This document shows, piece after piece, positions 24,866 through 37,655 of a stretch of 64,000 bases of DNA. The notes below the pieces were generated by a model. That model searched no databases. It was not told where the DNA came from and was given only the letters and a program-made list of their open reading frames with translations. The DNA comes from Paramoeba atlantica (taxonomy: Eukaryota; Protista; Discosea): contig CDRNVI010000141.1 of the NCBI GenBank assembly GCA_977017575.1, forward strand, positions 21,352-85,351. Direction: 5' to 3'. The position numbers and the translations under genes were made by a program. How positions within the stretch are numbered: the first letter of the stretch is position 1; every line of letters starts with the position of its first letter.

Positions 24866-26272
24866 ATTTTTTATTTTTTATTTTTTATTTTTTATTTTTT
24901 ATTTTTTATTTTTTATTTTTTATTTTTATTTTTATTTTTATTTATTTTTATTTTTATTTTTATTTTTCTTTTTATTTTATTTTTTTTCTTTCTTTTATTA
25001 TTCTTTTAATAATTTTATCATTTTCTCTCTTTTCTTTCTTTTTCTTTCCTTTCTTTTCCTTTCCTTTCTTTTTCTCTTCTCTTCTCTTCTCTTCTTCTCT
25101 TCTCTTCTTCTCTTTTCTTTTCTTTTCTTCTCTTCTCTTTTCTTTTCTTTTTTCTCTTTTCTTTTCTTTTCTTCTCTTCTCTTCTCTTTTCTTTCTTTCT
25201 TTTCCAAAAGGTTTTTAGGAGTCAATTGACTGAAAGGAGAAAAAATCTTGGACAAAATTTCAAAACTTCATTCTTTAACTGATTTGTAATTTTTTCTTTT
25301 TCTTTTTTTTTCTTTTTTTTTTCTTTTTCTTTTTTTCTTTTTCTTTTTTTCTTTTTCTTTTTTTCTTTTTTTCTTTTTTTCTTTTTATCTTTTTTCTTTT
25401 TTCTTTTTTCTTTTTCTTTCTTTTTTTTCTTTCTTTTTTCTTTTTTCTTTTTTCTTTTTTCTTTATTTCTTTCTTTCTTTTTTTCTTTCTTTCTTTCCCA
25501 TTTTTCTTTCATTTTCTTTCTTTCTTTCATTTCTTTTCATTTCTTTCATTTTTATTGAAATTATTTTTGATTTTATCAGATCACTGGGAGGGAATTTCTT
25601 TTCAGGGACAATGCCTGTTGAATTTGCACAACTCTTTGATCTCCTTCAAATGTTTTTCTTTTCTTTTTCTTTTTTTTTTTTCTTTCTTTCTTTCTTTCTT
25701 TCTTTCTTTTTTTTTCTTTTTTTTCTTCAGATTATTTTTTGAATAAATTATTCTGTTCTGATGATTTTTTTCTTTTCTTTCTTTCTCTCACTTTTCTCTC
25801 TCACTTTTTTCTCTCTTTCTTTTTCTTTTCTCTCTCTCTCTCTCTCTCTCTCCTCTCTCCTCTCTCCCTCTCCTTTTCATAATATTATTAGACATCGTTT
25901 CTAATAACTTCACAGGGTCTTTGCCTACTGAATTTGGACAACTTTCATTTGACTTGGATATTTTTTTATTTTTATTTATTTTTATTTATTTTATTTATTT
26001 TATTTATTTTATTTATTTTATTTATTTTATTTATTTTATTTATTTTATTATTTTTTTATTATTTTTATTATTTTTATTATTTTATTATTTTTATTCTTTT
26101 TTTATTCTTTTTTTATTCTTTTTTTATTCTTTTTCTTTTTCTTTTTTTCCTTTTTAACTCTTATTTCTTTTCTTTTCCTCTTCTTTCTTTCTCTTTGTAG
26201 GTATTTCAGTAAGAATTCATTCACAAGACCACTTCCAACCGAAATAGGACAACTTACAAATCTTGTTCAAAT
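24369..26272 (+). pseudogene. LRR gene segment, one repeat per phase-2 exon (copy 1)
   Basis: Exons 24369-24437, 24724-24795, 25211-25285, 25580-25651, ~25892-25960 (damaged) and 26201-26272 have AG/GT borders and encode e.g. DLSDNTLRGTVPSKIENL and YFSKNSFTRPLPTEIGQLTNL. TGA at 25227-25229. Confidence 0.85.
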
Positions 26273-26736
26273 GTATTTTTTTCTTTTTTTCTTTTTTTCT
26301 TTTTTTTTTTTTTTCTTTTTTTTTTTCCTTTTTCCTTTTTCCATTTTCTTTTTCTTTTTCTTTTTCGTTCTCTTTTTCTTTCCACCAATCCAAGATCAAA
26401 AACCTTTATTTTGTTGGGTGTTTTGTGGTGATGTGTTTTTTTCTTTTCTTTGTTTTCTTTGTTTTTCTTTATTTTTCTTTGTTTTTCTTTGTTTTTTTTT
26501 GAATTGGAAAACTAATTTTTCTTTCTTTTCTTTTTTCTTTTTCTGTTAGATGATAATATAATCAAAAATCAAGAAAAACAGAACAATTGAAGGGATTTTT
26601 GTGGTGATGTTTTGGAGTTTTATGAACAAATTAAAGAGTTCTTTTGATTTGTTCAAACAACTCTTTTTTCTTCTTTGATATTTTTAAGCTATTTGACCCC
26701 TCAAGACTGAATGTCCCAGAAGATGATCCAATTCTC

Positions 26737-26771
<35 letters not shown>

Positions 26772-27002
26772 TCGGGGAGTTAGGGAATCAAGGAGACTTG
26801 AGATCCCACCAAACAAGGTTCTTTTTTTTATTCTTTTTTTTCTTCTTTTTTCTTTGTTTTTTTCTTTTTTTTTTCCTTTGTTTTTCTCCTTTTCCTTTGT
26901 TTTTTCTTTTTTCCTCTTTTCTTTCTTTTTCCTTTTCTCTTTTTTTTCTTTGTTCCTTTTCTCTTGTTTAATCTCCATTTCCCTCTTTCTTTCTTTGATA
27001 CA

Positions 27003-28330
27003 ATAAAGGCTGGAGATACCACTGTTGGTGAAGTCTCCTCTTCCACTGTGAATCCTAACTCCTCCTGTTTCTTTACATACTTCTTGAGTACTTTCTCCAG
27101 CCTCCTTCTCACATCATTATCCCCTTGATTATCCTTGGTTTTGGTCTCTTCCCCTTTTGAAGTAGAGTTTCTTGAGCCAACTCCAAACTTCCTTTGTTCT
27201 CTTCTTCCTCTGAACTTATTGGGCCAATTCAACATTCAAATAGGTTGTTGGCTGCTTCATGAACTGTCCAAAAAGTGGCTTGACAAAAGGTCTCAAATCC
27301 AGACCCTCAGCATCCCCCCGAGGATCTCGGTGACCCCCCTCATCAGGAGTGAGCAACATTGTCAATTCATGGAAATTTTCGGCCTTCTGGCCAGCTGAGC
27401 TGATTGGCATTACAAATTTCTCTGGTCTGCTCTTGGGTTCATATTTCTTTGTCACTTTCTTTGGAATCTCCTTGAACCTCATTCAATGACATCCACCTCA
27501 CCTCTGAGATCCTTGAATTTCCTAAAGTTGGTGTTAGAGAATTGTTTTCTTCTGTTCTGTTGATAGGATCAAAGATTTCTCCTAAATCAAATTTCACTTT
27601 CTCATCCTTTCCATTCTCATATGTGTCTCTCTTCTATTTCCTTCTCAAGTCCGGCTGTGCTTACACGAATTTGACCATGGCGAGACATGATGAGGCATGA
27701 GAGTGCTTTTTATGTGCGGAAAGTGCTCAGTCTTTCGATGCAAGGATATCTTTTGAGATATTGCATTCCTTCTAATGATGTGTGCACTTTTTGTCCATTT
27801 TGCCCCCTCATCCACTTCTTGTCTTGCCTCTTTGCTTTCTTCTCCTCTGGTTTAAAGATATGTCAGATCATGCAAGATGAATTTGTGGATGCAGGATCGG
27901 AAATTCAGATGGCCAAACTGAAGTGATTGATTATCTTTGCGACAATACCAAATGTACCTCTCTGATCTATTACAGTGTTGGAGTGAAACCTACCTCCAAC
28001 ACATTAGTGGTGCTTTCCAGAGCTTTTAGAGCTTTCCTGAGCTTCTCTGAGCTTCCCTGAGTTTCTTTGAGCCTTCCCAGAGCTTCTCTGGATGCCTTTG
28101 TGTCATGGGTTTTGGCCTTCCTGATGAGCCAGGAGCTTCACAGATAGCCTGTGCACCAGTTTGGTGTTTTAGCCAAAATCACAAGTTTTTTAGTGCTCTT
28201 TTTATTTGCTTTCATGTTTTGTTTTCACACTGTTTTCTCTGATTTCATTTTGGCTTGGTCTTGTGTGTTGGTTGGGGTCATTCCTATAAAGGTTTTGGTC
28301 CAGAGTTTAGTTTCTTTCCTTTTTCTCTCC
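27003..28330 (-). mobile_element. Decayed LTR-type gag and start of pol, truncated
   Basis: YVKKQEELGFTVEEETSPTVVSPAFIVSKK resembles the gypsy/DIRS RT start (SP..SP.F.V.KK). Confidence 0.5.
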
Positions 28331-28339
28331 TTTTTCCTG

Positions 28340-30480
28340 TGTCTTCATCGTGAGTGTGGTTCCCCCCACAACAGTCCAAAGAGTGTAAAGTCTTTTGTGG
28401 TGCAAATATATGTGTGGTTCGCTTCTGCTCAAATTCAGAGAAGAAGTGCTCTCATCGAAGCATGTACTTGTGTGTGGTGATAGATCTAAAAGCTTGTGGC
28501 AATATTTCGAAAGTGCCCAAAGAGAATTTTTCTTCAGAAGAGGAAGTCACTCAAAAGAGAGTTGATGAGGTTGAGAGAGAGACAAAGGTTATGACTCAGC
28601 TTGTTACCAAGATTATGAACATGATTTTGTTTGTGGTCATGACCATTATTATGACTGTGGGGTGACGGATATAAAGATCATTAGAGTGATCAGAATTATC
28701 ATGGGGAATGGACTGAAATTATGACTTTGGTAATGTTTAATGATTGTGGGAGAGACCAGGGTGTAAAGGAATGGAGATTGGGATAGGAATAGCACCTGGG
28801 GTTCCAGGTGTTTCAAAGTTTGGGTTGTGAGGGGATGTGTTTGGAAAGGACGAAGAGAGTGGCAATGATGAAAAGGGGGTGTTGAAAGTGATACAATGAT
28901 GATGTTTGAGGAGTCTATTTTGATTTGTATGGACACTCTGATGTAGTTGATAACATGTTAGAATGAGCTTTGGCGAACCTGGGTATTTGGGGATAAAACC
29001 AAAATCGTTTTGTTTATTCTCCCCAGAGGAAAAGAAATACATTTTTAATGGTAATCAGGATGTTTTCTTCTTTTCTTTTGATGTATCAAATCTCTTCTCA
29101 CTCATTTGTTATTCTAGACCTAATGAGTTTAGTAACACCAACAATCTATCAATGGGTGAAGAGAAATGGCAAATGACAAAGCACATTGGCTTGTATTTGG
29201 CTCAACCTTTTCTCTGGTCATATCACTACAAGCCCCTCTGGGGATTCAAGATTCAGTCATGAGAAGGATAACAACGCTTTTTTATTGGAACTATGCAAGA
29301 GGGACCATGAGGAGGTTGACTTTTGTTCAGTATTTTACATTGATGATTTTGTCTATACAGCTATCAATGAGGAAGAGTTTATTGTGGGGATAGCAAAGTG
29401 TTGCATTTTTGAGAGATGATTGGATCTATTTCGTACATTGGGTTAACAACAGGATTGTGTTTCTCTTTTTTGAGGAGATGTTATTGTGGTTTGCTGTCAA
29501 GAAGTTAGAGGTCACTACAGAAGTTATTTTTTCTGATCTGGTTTCTGTTTTGATACATTCCTGTATTCCCTGGAGTCCTCACTGGAATATTCAATGCTTT
29601 TCAGAGGTTCTAACAATATTAAGAGGTTTATTTATTTTTACTGATTCTCAAAATTTGTTTGGCAGATATGGTATATTGTATGGTGAAGTCATCGAATTTT
29701 CCTGAGAAACTCTGTCATCGCAGAGATATGTGGAATTGTATGTTCTTAAGAAAACAATTGGTTTTGGCTGGAATTTGTTTGGATCTGTTTTTCACTCTGC
29801 AAGCAAACTCCCCCTGTTTGGAGTAAGTGATGGTATTTGTTTTGGTATGGCTGATTTTTCTTGCAGAGCTGGCTCTTAAGAAGTTTGGGGACACAGTGCT
29901 TTCTAAAAGCACAACAGAAGGATTCTGGCCCAATTCAGCGCATATGGAAGATATATTTTTCAAGGATACACAAAAGTTTTACAGGTCACCAAAACCATGT
30001 TCACAACATAACTTGAAGTATTTTTCCACATTCTGACAATGACCAAAGGCTGTTGATCATCTCTGGCATCCCTGACCCCTTCAGATCAATGAACTTTGGC
30101 AGGCAAAGTGGATTTCAACTTTCCAGTTCTGACCACAAGAGCCTCATCAGGATATTTGGATAGATGTTTATGACTGATGTTGATATCTATGTGGCAGAAT
30201 GTGAGGGTTAGTACTTTCCTTAAGATTTAATATAATGATATTTTTTTCAACAGTTTTGGTGTCATTTATAATGTACCATGCGATAGCAGAAAAAATATTT
30301 GGGTAAGGATTGGATTCTCTTGTGGACTGATTGACCCTTAAATGAAGAGTTGGGATCTTTTATTGGCATACTTGGCATGATTTAAGTCAACTGGATCTCA
30401 GTTTATGAATGATTGGAATTATCCAAATGAAGTTTTACAAGCTCTTGAACTTGGAAGGAATGAAACTCAATGAATTATTC
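28340..30480 (-). mobile_element. Very decayed RT relic, possibly Penelope-like
   Basis: Frameshifted motifs in PLE order: IIPIIHK (PKIHK), YIINDT, ID/TSVINIYPNI (DV.SLY.NI), KPIVFLR...DD. No clear GIY-YIG. Confidence 0.35.
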
Positions 30481-32225
30481 ATAAGTGGTGTTGAATTCCC
30501 TGAGGAAACCATCTCCAGGCACAAGGGCTTCATCCAGCAGCTCTCCGAAAGAGATCAAAGATGGTGTGTGGCTCCCCACCTTTGAGCATCTACCTTTTCT
30601 TTGTGTGGCTTTTGTTCCTTCTTGCTTCCTTCTTTGTCCCTTTCCTTCCCCTTTTTGTCTTGCTTTGGATCTCTCTTTGTTCTCTCCTCCATCTCTTGTG
30701 CTGGTTTGGATTTCTTCCTTCCTTGTCTCTTTGTTTCTATTTTCTTCCCATTCTTTTTGTCTGTTTTGGATTTTTGGATTTTGTTTTTGGATTTTGTTTT
30801 TGGATTTGAGTATGGTTTTTTGTTGTTTGGCTGTGTTGTTTTGTTGACTGTCTCTTTTTGGAATAAACACTCAGGGGTGTTACTTGAGTACTTTCAAGCA
30901 CATAAAAAAACAAAAAGAGAGGAGGTGGAGATGTGACAGAGACCAAGAAGTTTTATTTAGAAAGACAGTAGAAAAGTTGAACAATCAGAAAAAACCAACA
31001 AATAAAAGATATTTGCAATGTCAGCTCCTTGAAACCAAACATTCTCTCTTTTAATTTTCTTTATTTTTTTGTCTTTTTTTTTTGTCTTTTTTTTTTGTCT
31101 TTTTATTTGTCTTTTTTTCTTTGTCTTTTTTTCTTTGTCTTTTTTTCTTTGTCTTTTTTCTCTTTTTTTTCCCAATGACAAATCCTTGAATTAGAAAGAG
31201 AAAAAGAAAAGAGTGAAATAAAAAGAGAAGTAAAAGAGAAAAAAGAAAAAAAGAGAAAAAAAGAAAAATAAAAAATAAAAGAAAGAGAGAAAAAATAGAA
31301 AAAAAGGGGAAAAAAAAGCAAAAAAAAAGTGAAAAAGAAAAAAAAGAGAAATAAAAGAGAAATAAAAGAGAAAAGAGAAAAGAGAAAAAAAAGAGAAAAA
31401 AAAGGGGGAAAAAAAAAGAGAAAAGAGAAAAAGGGAAAAAAAGAAAAAAAGAGGGAAAAATAAAAAAGAAAAATAAAAGAGAAAAATAAAAAGAAATAAA
31501 GAGAAAAAGAGAAAAAAGAGAAAAAAAGAAAAAAAAGAGAGAAAAAGAGAAATAAAAGAGAAATAGAAATGAAAATAGAAAGAGAGAAAAAGAGAGAAAA
31601 GAAAGAAAAAAAAAGAAAAAAAAAGAAAAAAAAGAAATGAAAAAAGAATTGAAAAAATGTATGTATTGATTGTCTCCCCACCACATCTCTTTGTTTCTCT
31701 TTGTTTCTCTTTTTTTTTTTCTTTATTTCTCTTTTATTTCTTTATTTCTCTTTCTTTTCTTTTTCTCTTTTTCTCTTCTTTTTTTCTCTTTTTATTTCTC
31801 TTTTCTCTTTTCTCTTTTTATTTCTCTTTTCTCTTTTCTCTTTCTCTTTCTCATTCTTTTCTTTTTTTTTCTTTCTTTTGTTCTCTTTTGGTTTTTTTTT
31901 TCAGTTTTTCTTCCCATTCAAGAACCATAAATCTCCCTCTTTATTTTTTTTCTCCTTTCTCCTTTCTCCTTTTTCTTTTTTTTTTCTTTTTCTTTTCTCT
32001 TTTTTTCTTTCTTTTCATATCATTTCCCCCTCTCTTCACCTTTTTCTATTTTCCCCCCTTTTTCTTCCTTTGTTTTTCCTCTCATTCTTTCTTTTCTTTC
32101 TTTTCTTTTTCTGAATGTTTCAGGTTTTTGGATCCAACAGTCAGCCTTTTTTCCTCCTCTAACTCTTTCTTCTCATCTTTGGATGGATTTTCTCTGATGA
32201 GAATTTTGTTTTGATGAAAGGGTTC

Positions 32226-32243
32226 TTTTCATACTCTCTAGGA
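32226..32243 (+). repeat. 18-bp direct repeat TTTTCATACTCTCTAGGA (left); variant of the hairpin left arm
   Basis: Exact second copy at 35925-35942. Confidence 0.85.
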
Positions 32244-32400
32244 TATTGAATTGCCAAAATAGAACACCTATAAAGTCAATACAACCATCACCATCTATAC
32301 ATGTGATGAGATACTTCTGAAAGGACAAAGAATGTGGAGGAGAGAAAAGCTTTTATTCTTTTTTTTTTGTCTCTCAAAAAGAGGAAAGAGAATAGCTATT

Positions 32401-32563
32401 TAGCCAATGTTTGAAAAAAGGCAGTTTATCGTCGAGGGTGTTTTTGATGTCAAGACCCAGGATTTTTGAGGTCAAGGGCCGCTTGTAGCATGAGACCACA
32501 GAATCCTGGTCGAGACTGATCAGAAACACTCAAGACATGATAAACCTTTTCAAACATTGGCTA
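32401..32563. mobile_element. Small MITE-like element with 15-bp TIRs flanked by TA
   Basis: TA-gccaatgtttgaaaa...ttttcaaacattggc-TA; internal inverted repeat ccaggatt/aatcctgg. Confidence 0.7.
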
Positions 32564-32595
32564 CAACGTTTTATTGAATTTTGAGGCTGGGAAAA

Positions 32596-33843
32596 ATGAG
32601 AGCAATAAATATGGTGTATTTCGATTGGTTTGAGTTTGTTTTGGGACGATTGTGTGACAACAATTGAAAGAAAAAGCCCTGTGGGCATTTTTTCATTTTC
32701 TTGCGAGAGATGAACCCTGCACGAAGAGTGGAAAACCCACTGATTGTGTCCCTCCAAGCAAAGAAATGGAACCACTTTGAATTTGACTCCACACACCATT
32801 CTGTTCGGATGGTGTTGAATGGCCCACATGTGACTCGAAAGGCATTCCTGACTGTTGCAAGTCGTTTCGAGGATTTCTTGACACGTTTTTATAAAAAAAA
32901 CGAGGAAAAACACCAAGATTATGTGATAAATGAGGCATTGTTGGTCGAGTTTTACCAAAAATATTTGTTTGTCCTTTCTCATCGAAATGGCGACTGTGTT
33001 TACAGATTGTCCTCATTCTTTCCAGTGATTTCACTCGTGAAACGCTATGTTTTGTGTAAATATGCAATTGATTTCGGTGAGACTCGGCAGTTAAATTGAA
33101 TCCTAAAGGGAGAAACAGCTGGTTATCAGCCAAATAAGAAGAATGTTTTTACCTTGGAGGAGATAAAACAATATTTGTCTTGAGGGATAATGAATGGGGA
33201 AGATCTACAAGACTCTCTGTTGGCTCTTTTTGCTTTCTTTGGATTAGCCAGAAGTGTTGAAGTTATTAACATTTCTCGTGATGAAGTGAAGTTAAAGAAA
33301 AATGGGAGTGTATGCTTCACCATGGAACGGTGCACAAAATCGAAATCTTTGAGGAAAACCAAAGTGGTCATCCCTGTGCTTGATGGGTTTATTCCTTCTG
33401 AAGCGTTGGAGGATCACCTGGAGAACCTCCCCCCTGGTACTTGCCTTTGGTGAAAGTGGAACAAGAACTGAGAGAACTTTGCAGCTCAGCACTTAGGAAA
33501 AAACTATCTTGCGAAATTGGCAAAGAAAATAGCATGTTTTCTCGAGAAGCCTGAAGAAAATTATGCATCACACAGTTTTCGTCGGTTGGGAGCCACTGCC
33601 ATGGTGGAAGGAGGAGGCACCACAGACCAATTGATGGTGTCTGGTGGGTGGACAAGCGAGCGGGTTGCTCATGGATATTATGAAGATTCTGAACAAGCCG
33701 CAGGTGAACGTGCCAACCGGATCGTTGAATCCGAGCAAGCTGAAACTGCACAACCACCAACAGAAACCCCTCCTGTGACAGTAACTATGACGTTCCAGCC
33801 AAATGGTGGACAACGAGTTCAAGCCACCTTGGGTGAAAATTGA
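32596..33843 (+). pseudogene. Crypton-like tyrosine recombinase; one 416-codon frame with five internal TGA codons
   Basis: Catalytic-type motifs GLARSVE, HSFRRLGAT, GGW and GYY. TGA at 32665, 33097, 33181, 33451 and 33469; no frameshift. Confidence 0.9.
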
Positions 33844-34816
33844 AAGTAATTTTGTGATGATTTTTGAATTTTTTTTTCATATAAATGATTTTTGGATTCA
33901 ATTATGTTCTTTTTTATTGATTTTTTCAATTATCTTGTTGGAATGAATTTTTTTTCAATTATCTTTGTTTATTTGAAGGGAACAACACTCCTTAAATGGT
34001 GCTTTTCTCTCATTGTTCTCATTTTTCCAGTCTCAAAATTCAATAAAAGAAAGAAAAAGAAAAGGAAAGAGGGAAGAGAAAGAAAGGGGAAAAAAAAGAA
34101 AAAAAAAGAAAAAAAAAAAAAGAAAAAGAAAGAAAAAGAAAGAAAAAGAAAAAGAGAAGGAAAAAGAGAAAAAGAAAGAGAAAGAAAAAGAGAAAGAAAA
34201 GAGAGAAGAGAAGAGAGAAAGAAAAGAGAGAAAGAAAGAAAAGAGAGAAGAGAAGAAGAGAAAACTTTTTCTGAGGACAACCAGCAAAAGAGAAGACCAA
34301 AAATACATTAATGGGGAATGCACACAACCACCTCTTTCTCATCTGTCCCCTCTTCCTTCCTCCCTCCCTCCCCCCTTCTCCTAACCACTTCCTGAATGCA
34401 TGGGCCATTTCTCTCTCTCTTCTCTCTCTTTTCTTCTCTCTCTTCTCTCCTCTCTTTCTCTCTCTTCTCTCTTCTCTCTCTTCTCTCTCTCCTCTTTCTC
34501 ATTCCTCTTCTCTCCAAACACAAAACAAAAAAAAAATTGGGTTTCACTGAAAAAAAAAACCCACCCAGAATCAAACCCGGTGGGTTCTCTTTTTTTTTTG
34601 TTGTTCTTTTTTCAGTGTGTGTTGGTTGTTCTTTCAGTGATTTCTTTTTTGTTTGTTTGTGTGATTGGTGTTCCTTCTCGCCACATCCCCCTCTCATTCC
34701 CTCATGAACAACAACAAACACAATCAACCACCCCACCCCTCAGGCAGGTTTTGTTTTTAATTTAAAACATTTCTTTTTTCTGGATAACTTGAAACAGAAA
34801 AAACAACAACAACACA

Positions 34817-35776
34817 ATGATGAGAGTTCAGTTGATGTCGATTGTCGAAGGAGAAGGAGAGTGGGAAGTTCGAAACACTGAGAATGGAGAAGTGTGTTCA
34901 ATTCAAGCTCAAGATTTTCAAAGTCTGCAAAGGAAGATCCAGGATGTGTACGGAACTTCAACTGCGGTTCGAGTGTTCTATCTCAATGATGAGTGTGATG
35001 TTGTCTTTGTGAAATGTGATCGAGACTTGGAAGACACTTTGTTTGTCCTCCCAAAAAAGAACAAGACAACAAGAGTGGTGGAGAGTCAAGTCAAAGAAGA
35101 AATCAAAAATGAGATCCAAGAGGTCGAAAATCGAGTGAATGATGATGAAGAGAAAGTGGGGGATGAGATTTCTGAGAACCCTCAGAAAAGACTCAAGGAA
35201 CAACAGAAGAGAGAGGAGAAGATTGAAATGCTCAGTAAACGTGATGAGAAACTGGCAGATCAGATCGATGTTCTTGAAGAAAAGATTGTGGCTCTCCAAC
35301 AAAGAAAGGAACAGTTGACTGAAAACAAAACTCAAGTTCGAGAGAATCTTGTTGATTTGAAAAGTCAAGAGGATGACATTGTTGACAACAAACAAGAGAA
35401 AGAGGGGATTGAAGAAATCCAATTGTCTGAGGAAGAAGAGGAAGAGGAGGAAGAGAGAGATTATGGTAAACCAAGATCATTTGGGCAATCAAGAAAGCTT
35501 GAAAACCAATGACGAAACATCGAAAGAAGACTTTGTAATCTTGAAGTGAAAGAAAAGAAGTCAAAAAAGATGATGGAAACAGAAATTATTCTCAAGAAGC
35601 ATTTGGAAGAAATCACAGAGAGGTTGGTGACTGAACCAAAAGAAGAAGAAGAGAAAGACAAAATGTTTATGAATAAGAGAAAAGGAAAAGATGGTTGTCA
35701 GAGATACTTTTCTCGCTCATATGGCTCAAAAAAGAAGTTTTTCAATTCTCCTCCAAAGGAGAGAAGACGGAAATAA
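34817..35776 (+). pseudogene. PB1/coiled-coil gene copy with a single in-frame TGA (35510-35512)
   Basis: Full-length paralogue of 48104-49141; the same frame continues after the stop. Confidence 0.85.
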
Positions 35777-35924
35777 TAAATAACAAAATCTCATTCAATT
35801 GTTTTTATCAAGAAAAAGTTTATTTCTATTCTTTTTCTTCTTTCTTTTCTTCTTGTTCCTCTTTTTATTCACTCTCCTCTTCTTTTCTCTGTTAGTTTTT
35901 CATCTTTTCTTTTTACGAGGTAAG

Positions 35925-35942
35925 TTTTCATACTCTCTAGGA
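35925..35942 (+). repeat. 18-bp direct repeat (right)
   Basis: Identical to 32226-32243. Confidence 0.85.
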
Positions 35943-36444
35943 AAGAAAAGAGAAAAGAAAAACAAAAAAAAAACAAAGGTAAAAAAAGAACTCCAATTTT
36001 TTTGGGGTTAAAAAAATTCCCAGTTTTTTTGTTTTCTGTTTTGTTCTCTCCTCTCCTCTTTTTCTCTCTCTTTTTTCTCCCTTTCCCCCCCTTTCTCTAT
36101 TTTCCTCTTGTTTTTCTTTTCTTTCTTTTTCCCTTTTCTCTTTTTCTCTCTTTCATAGGTATGCTGTCATTATTGGGTTCATATGTTATTTTTGAAAAAA
36201 GTCAAGTTGAGGTTTTGCAGTTTCTTTTTTCTTTCTTTCTTTCTTTTTCTTTCTTTTTTCTTTCTTTTTTCTTTTCCTGTTTTGTGTTTTCTTTTTTTTA
36301 TATTTTTTTCTTTTTCTCTAAGTGAGGTGCTTTATCTTTTTTTTTTTTCTTTAGGGGAGATTTTTTGAGATTCTCTCTTTTAATTCAGCAGAAGAAAATT
36401 CAACAGAAGAAAATTCAGCAGAAGAAAATTCAGCAAAAGAAAAT

Positions 36445-36492
36445 TCATATTCTCTGTGTTCGAATTTTCAAATTAGTACCCAGAGAGAATGA
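36445..36492. repeat. Hairpin element copy H3 (inverted relative to H2)
   Basis: Reverse complement reads tcattctctctgggtac-taatttgaaaattc-gaacacagagaatatga. Confidence 0.8.
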
Positions 36493-37655
36493 AATAAAAA
36501 GATCAATTCAAGGGGTGATGGGTGGTGGGTTACTTCTCTCCTTTTGTACCAGAGAACCAGAGGGTTAATTCAGAAAATCCAAGAGTTAGGTTTTTCCTTT
36601 GGTTCCTCACTTTCTTTCCTTTTTCTCTTTTCTAGATCACTTATAATATATTACAAGGAGTTTTGCCACTGTTTTTTACATTCTTGAATGAAATTCAAAA
36701 AAAAAAGACACTCCCTTCCTTCAGTGAGAGATTGAATTGTGAGTTTTTTGGACTGTTTTTCTTGCTTATGTTTGTTGGGAGGTATGTGACATATTCTTTT
36801 TTCTTAAAAAGGTTTTGTTTTCATTATTTTTTTTTTATGTTTGGTTTTTATTTGTGTTTTGTATTGTTTTTTATTTTTTTATTTTTTCTTTTGTTGGTTG
36901 GTTGGGATGAGTTTGTTGTTTGTTTGTTAGGAGAATTAATTAAAAACTGAGAGAATTCTGGGTTGTTTTTATGGATTGTTGTTTCTTTCTTTATTATAGG
37001 TTTTTTTGGTTGTTGGTTGTTTGGTTTGGTGTGTAAAGAACATATTATTTAAAACTGTTTAGAACGATTTCACTCCTGAAGTGTTTGTTGGAAAAGAGTT
37101 TGTTTGGAGTATTGCTGTGGTGCTGTTGTTTTGTTTGATTCTTGTGTCTATTAATTATTGTAGTTATTGTTGGGGATGTTATTATTGTAGTTGTTGTTAT
37201 TGATTATTGATTATTATTCTTGTTATTTATTGTTGTTATGATTATATCAGTTGGTCTGCTCTTAGAGATATTATTTTTTATTTTTGTTTCCATTTTCTTT
37301 TTCTTTTTTTCTTTTTCTTTTTTTATGTGGTGTCTTGTTTTTTTTTTGTTGTGAAACTTTCTTAAATGAAGCAGGCCTTTTTTTATGCCTGGAAAGCATT
37401 GTTAGACTCAACCAAGCTTCAGAGTTCAAATGAAAAGGTCTCTTGCATGAAAACAACATCTCAAGGGAAAAAAATGAGAGGAATTGGTGCAATTGTTAAA
37501 TTGTTGGAAATTGAGAAATACCTTTAATCATTTGGTTGTGTTGAGCTTGGGGCAAGAAAATTCCTTATTATCAAAGGGTGGTAAAGAACCAGGAAAGGGG
37601 GCTAACATAAGACTTATTGGGTTCTTTGGGAGAAAGTTTCTTGGCTTTGTCCTTC

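Noticed and set aside
30990-31050. ENVWFQGADIANIF resembling a BRO-N motif (viral insertion)
   Set aside because: Only about 14 residues, with no supporting viral genes nearby.
32596-33843. Genome-wide UGA reassignment
   Set aside because: Cofilin ends in TGA, and CGA-to-TGA decay explains the stops together with the parallel CpG loss elsewhere.
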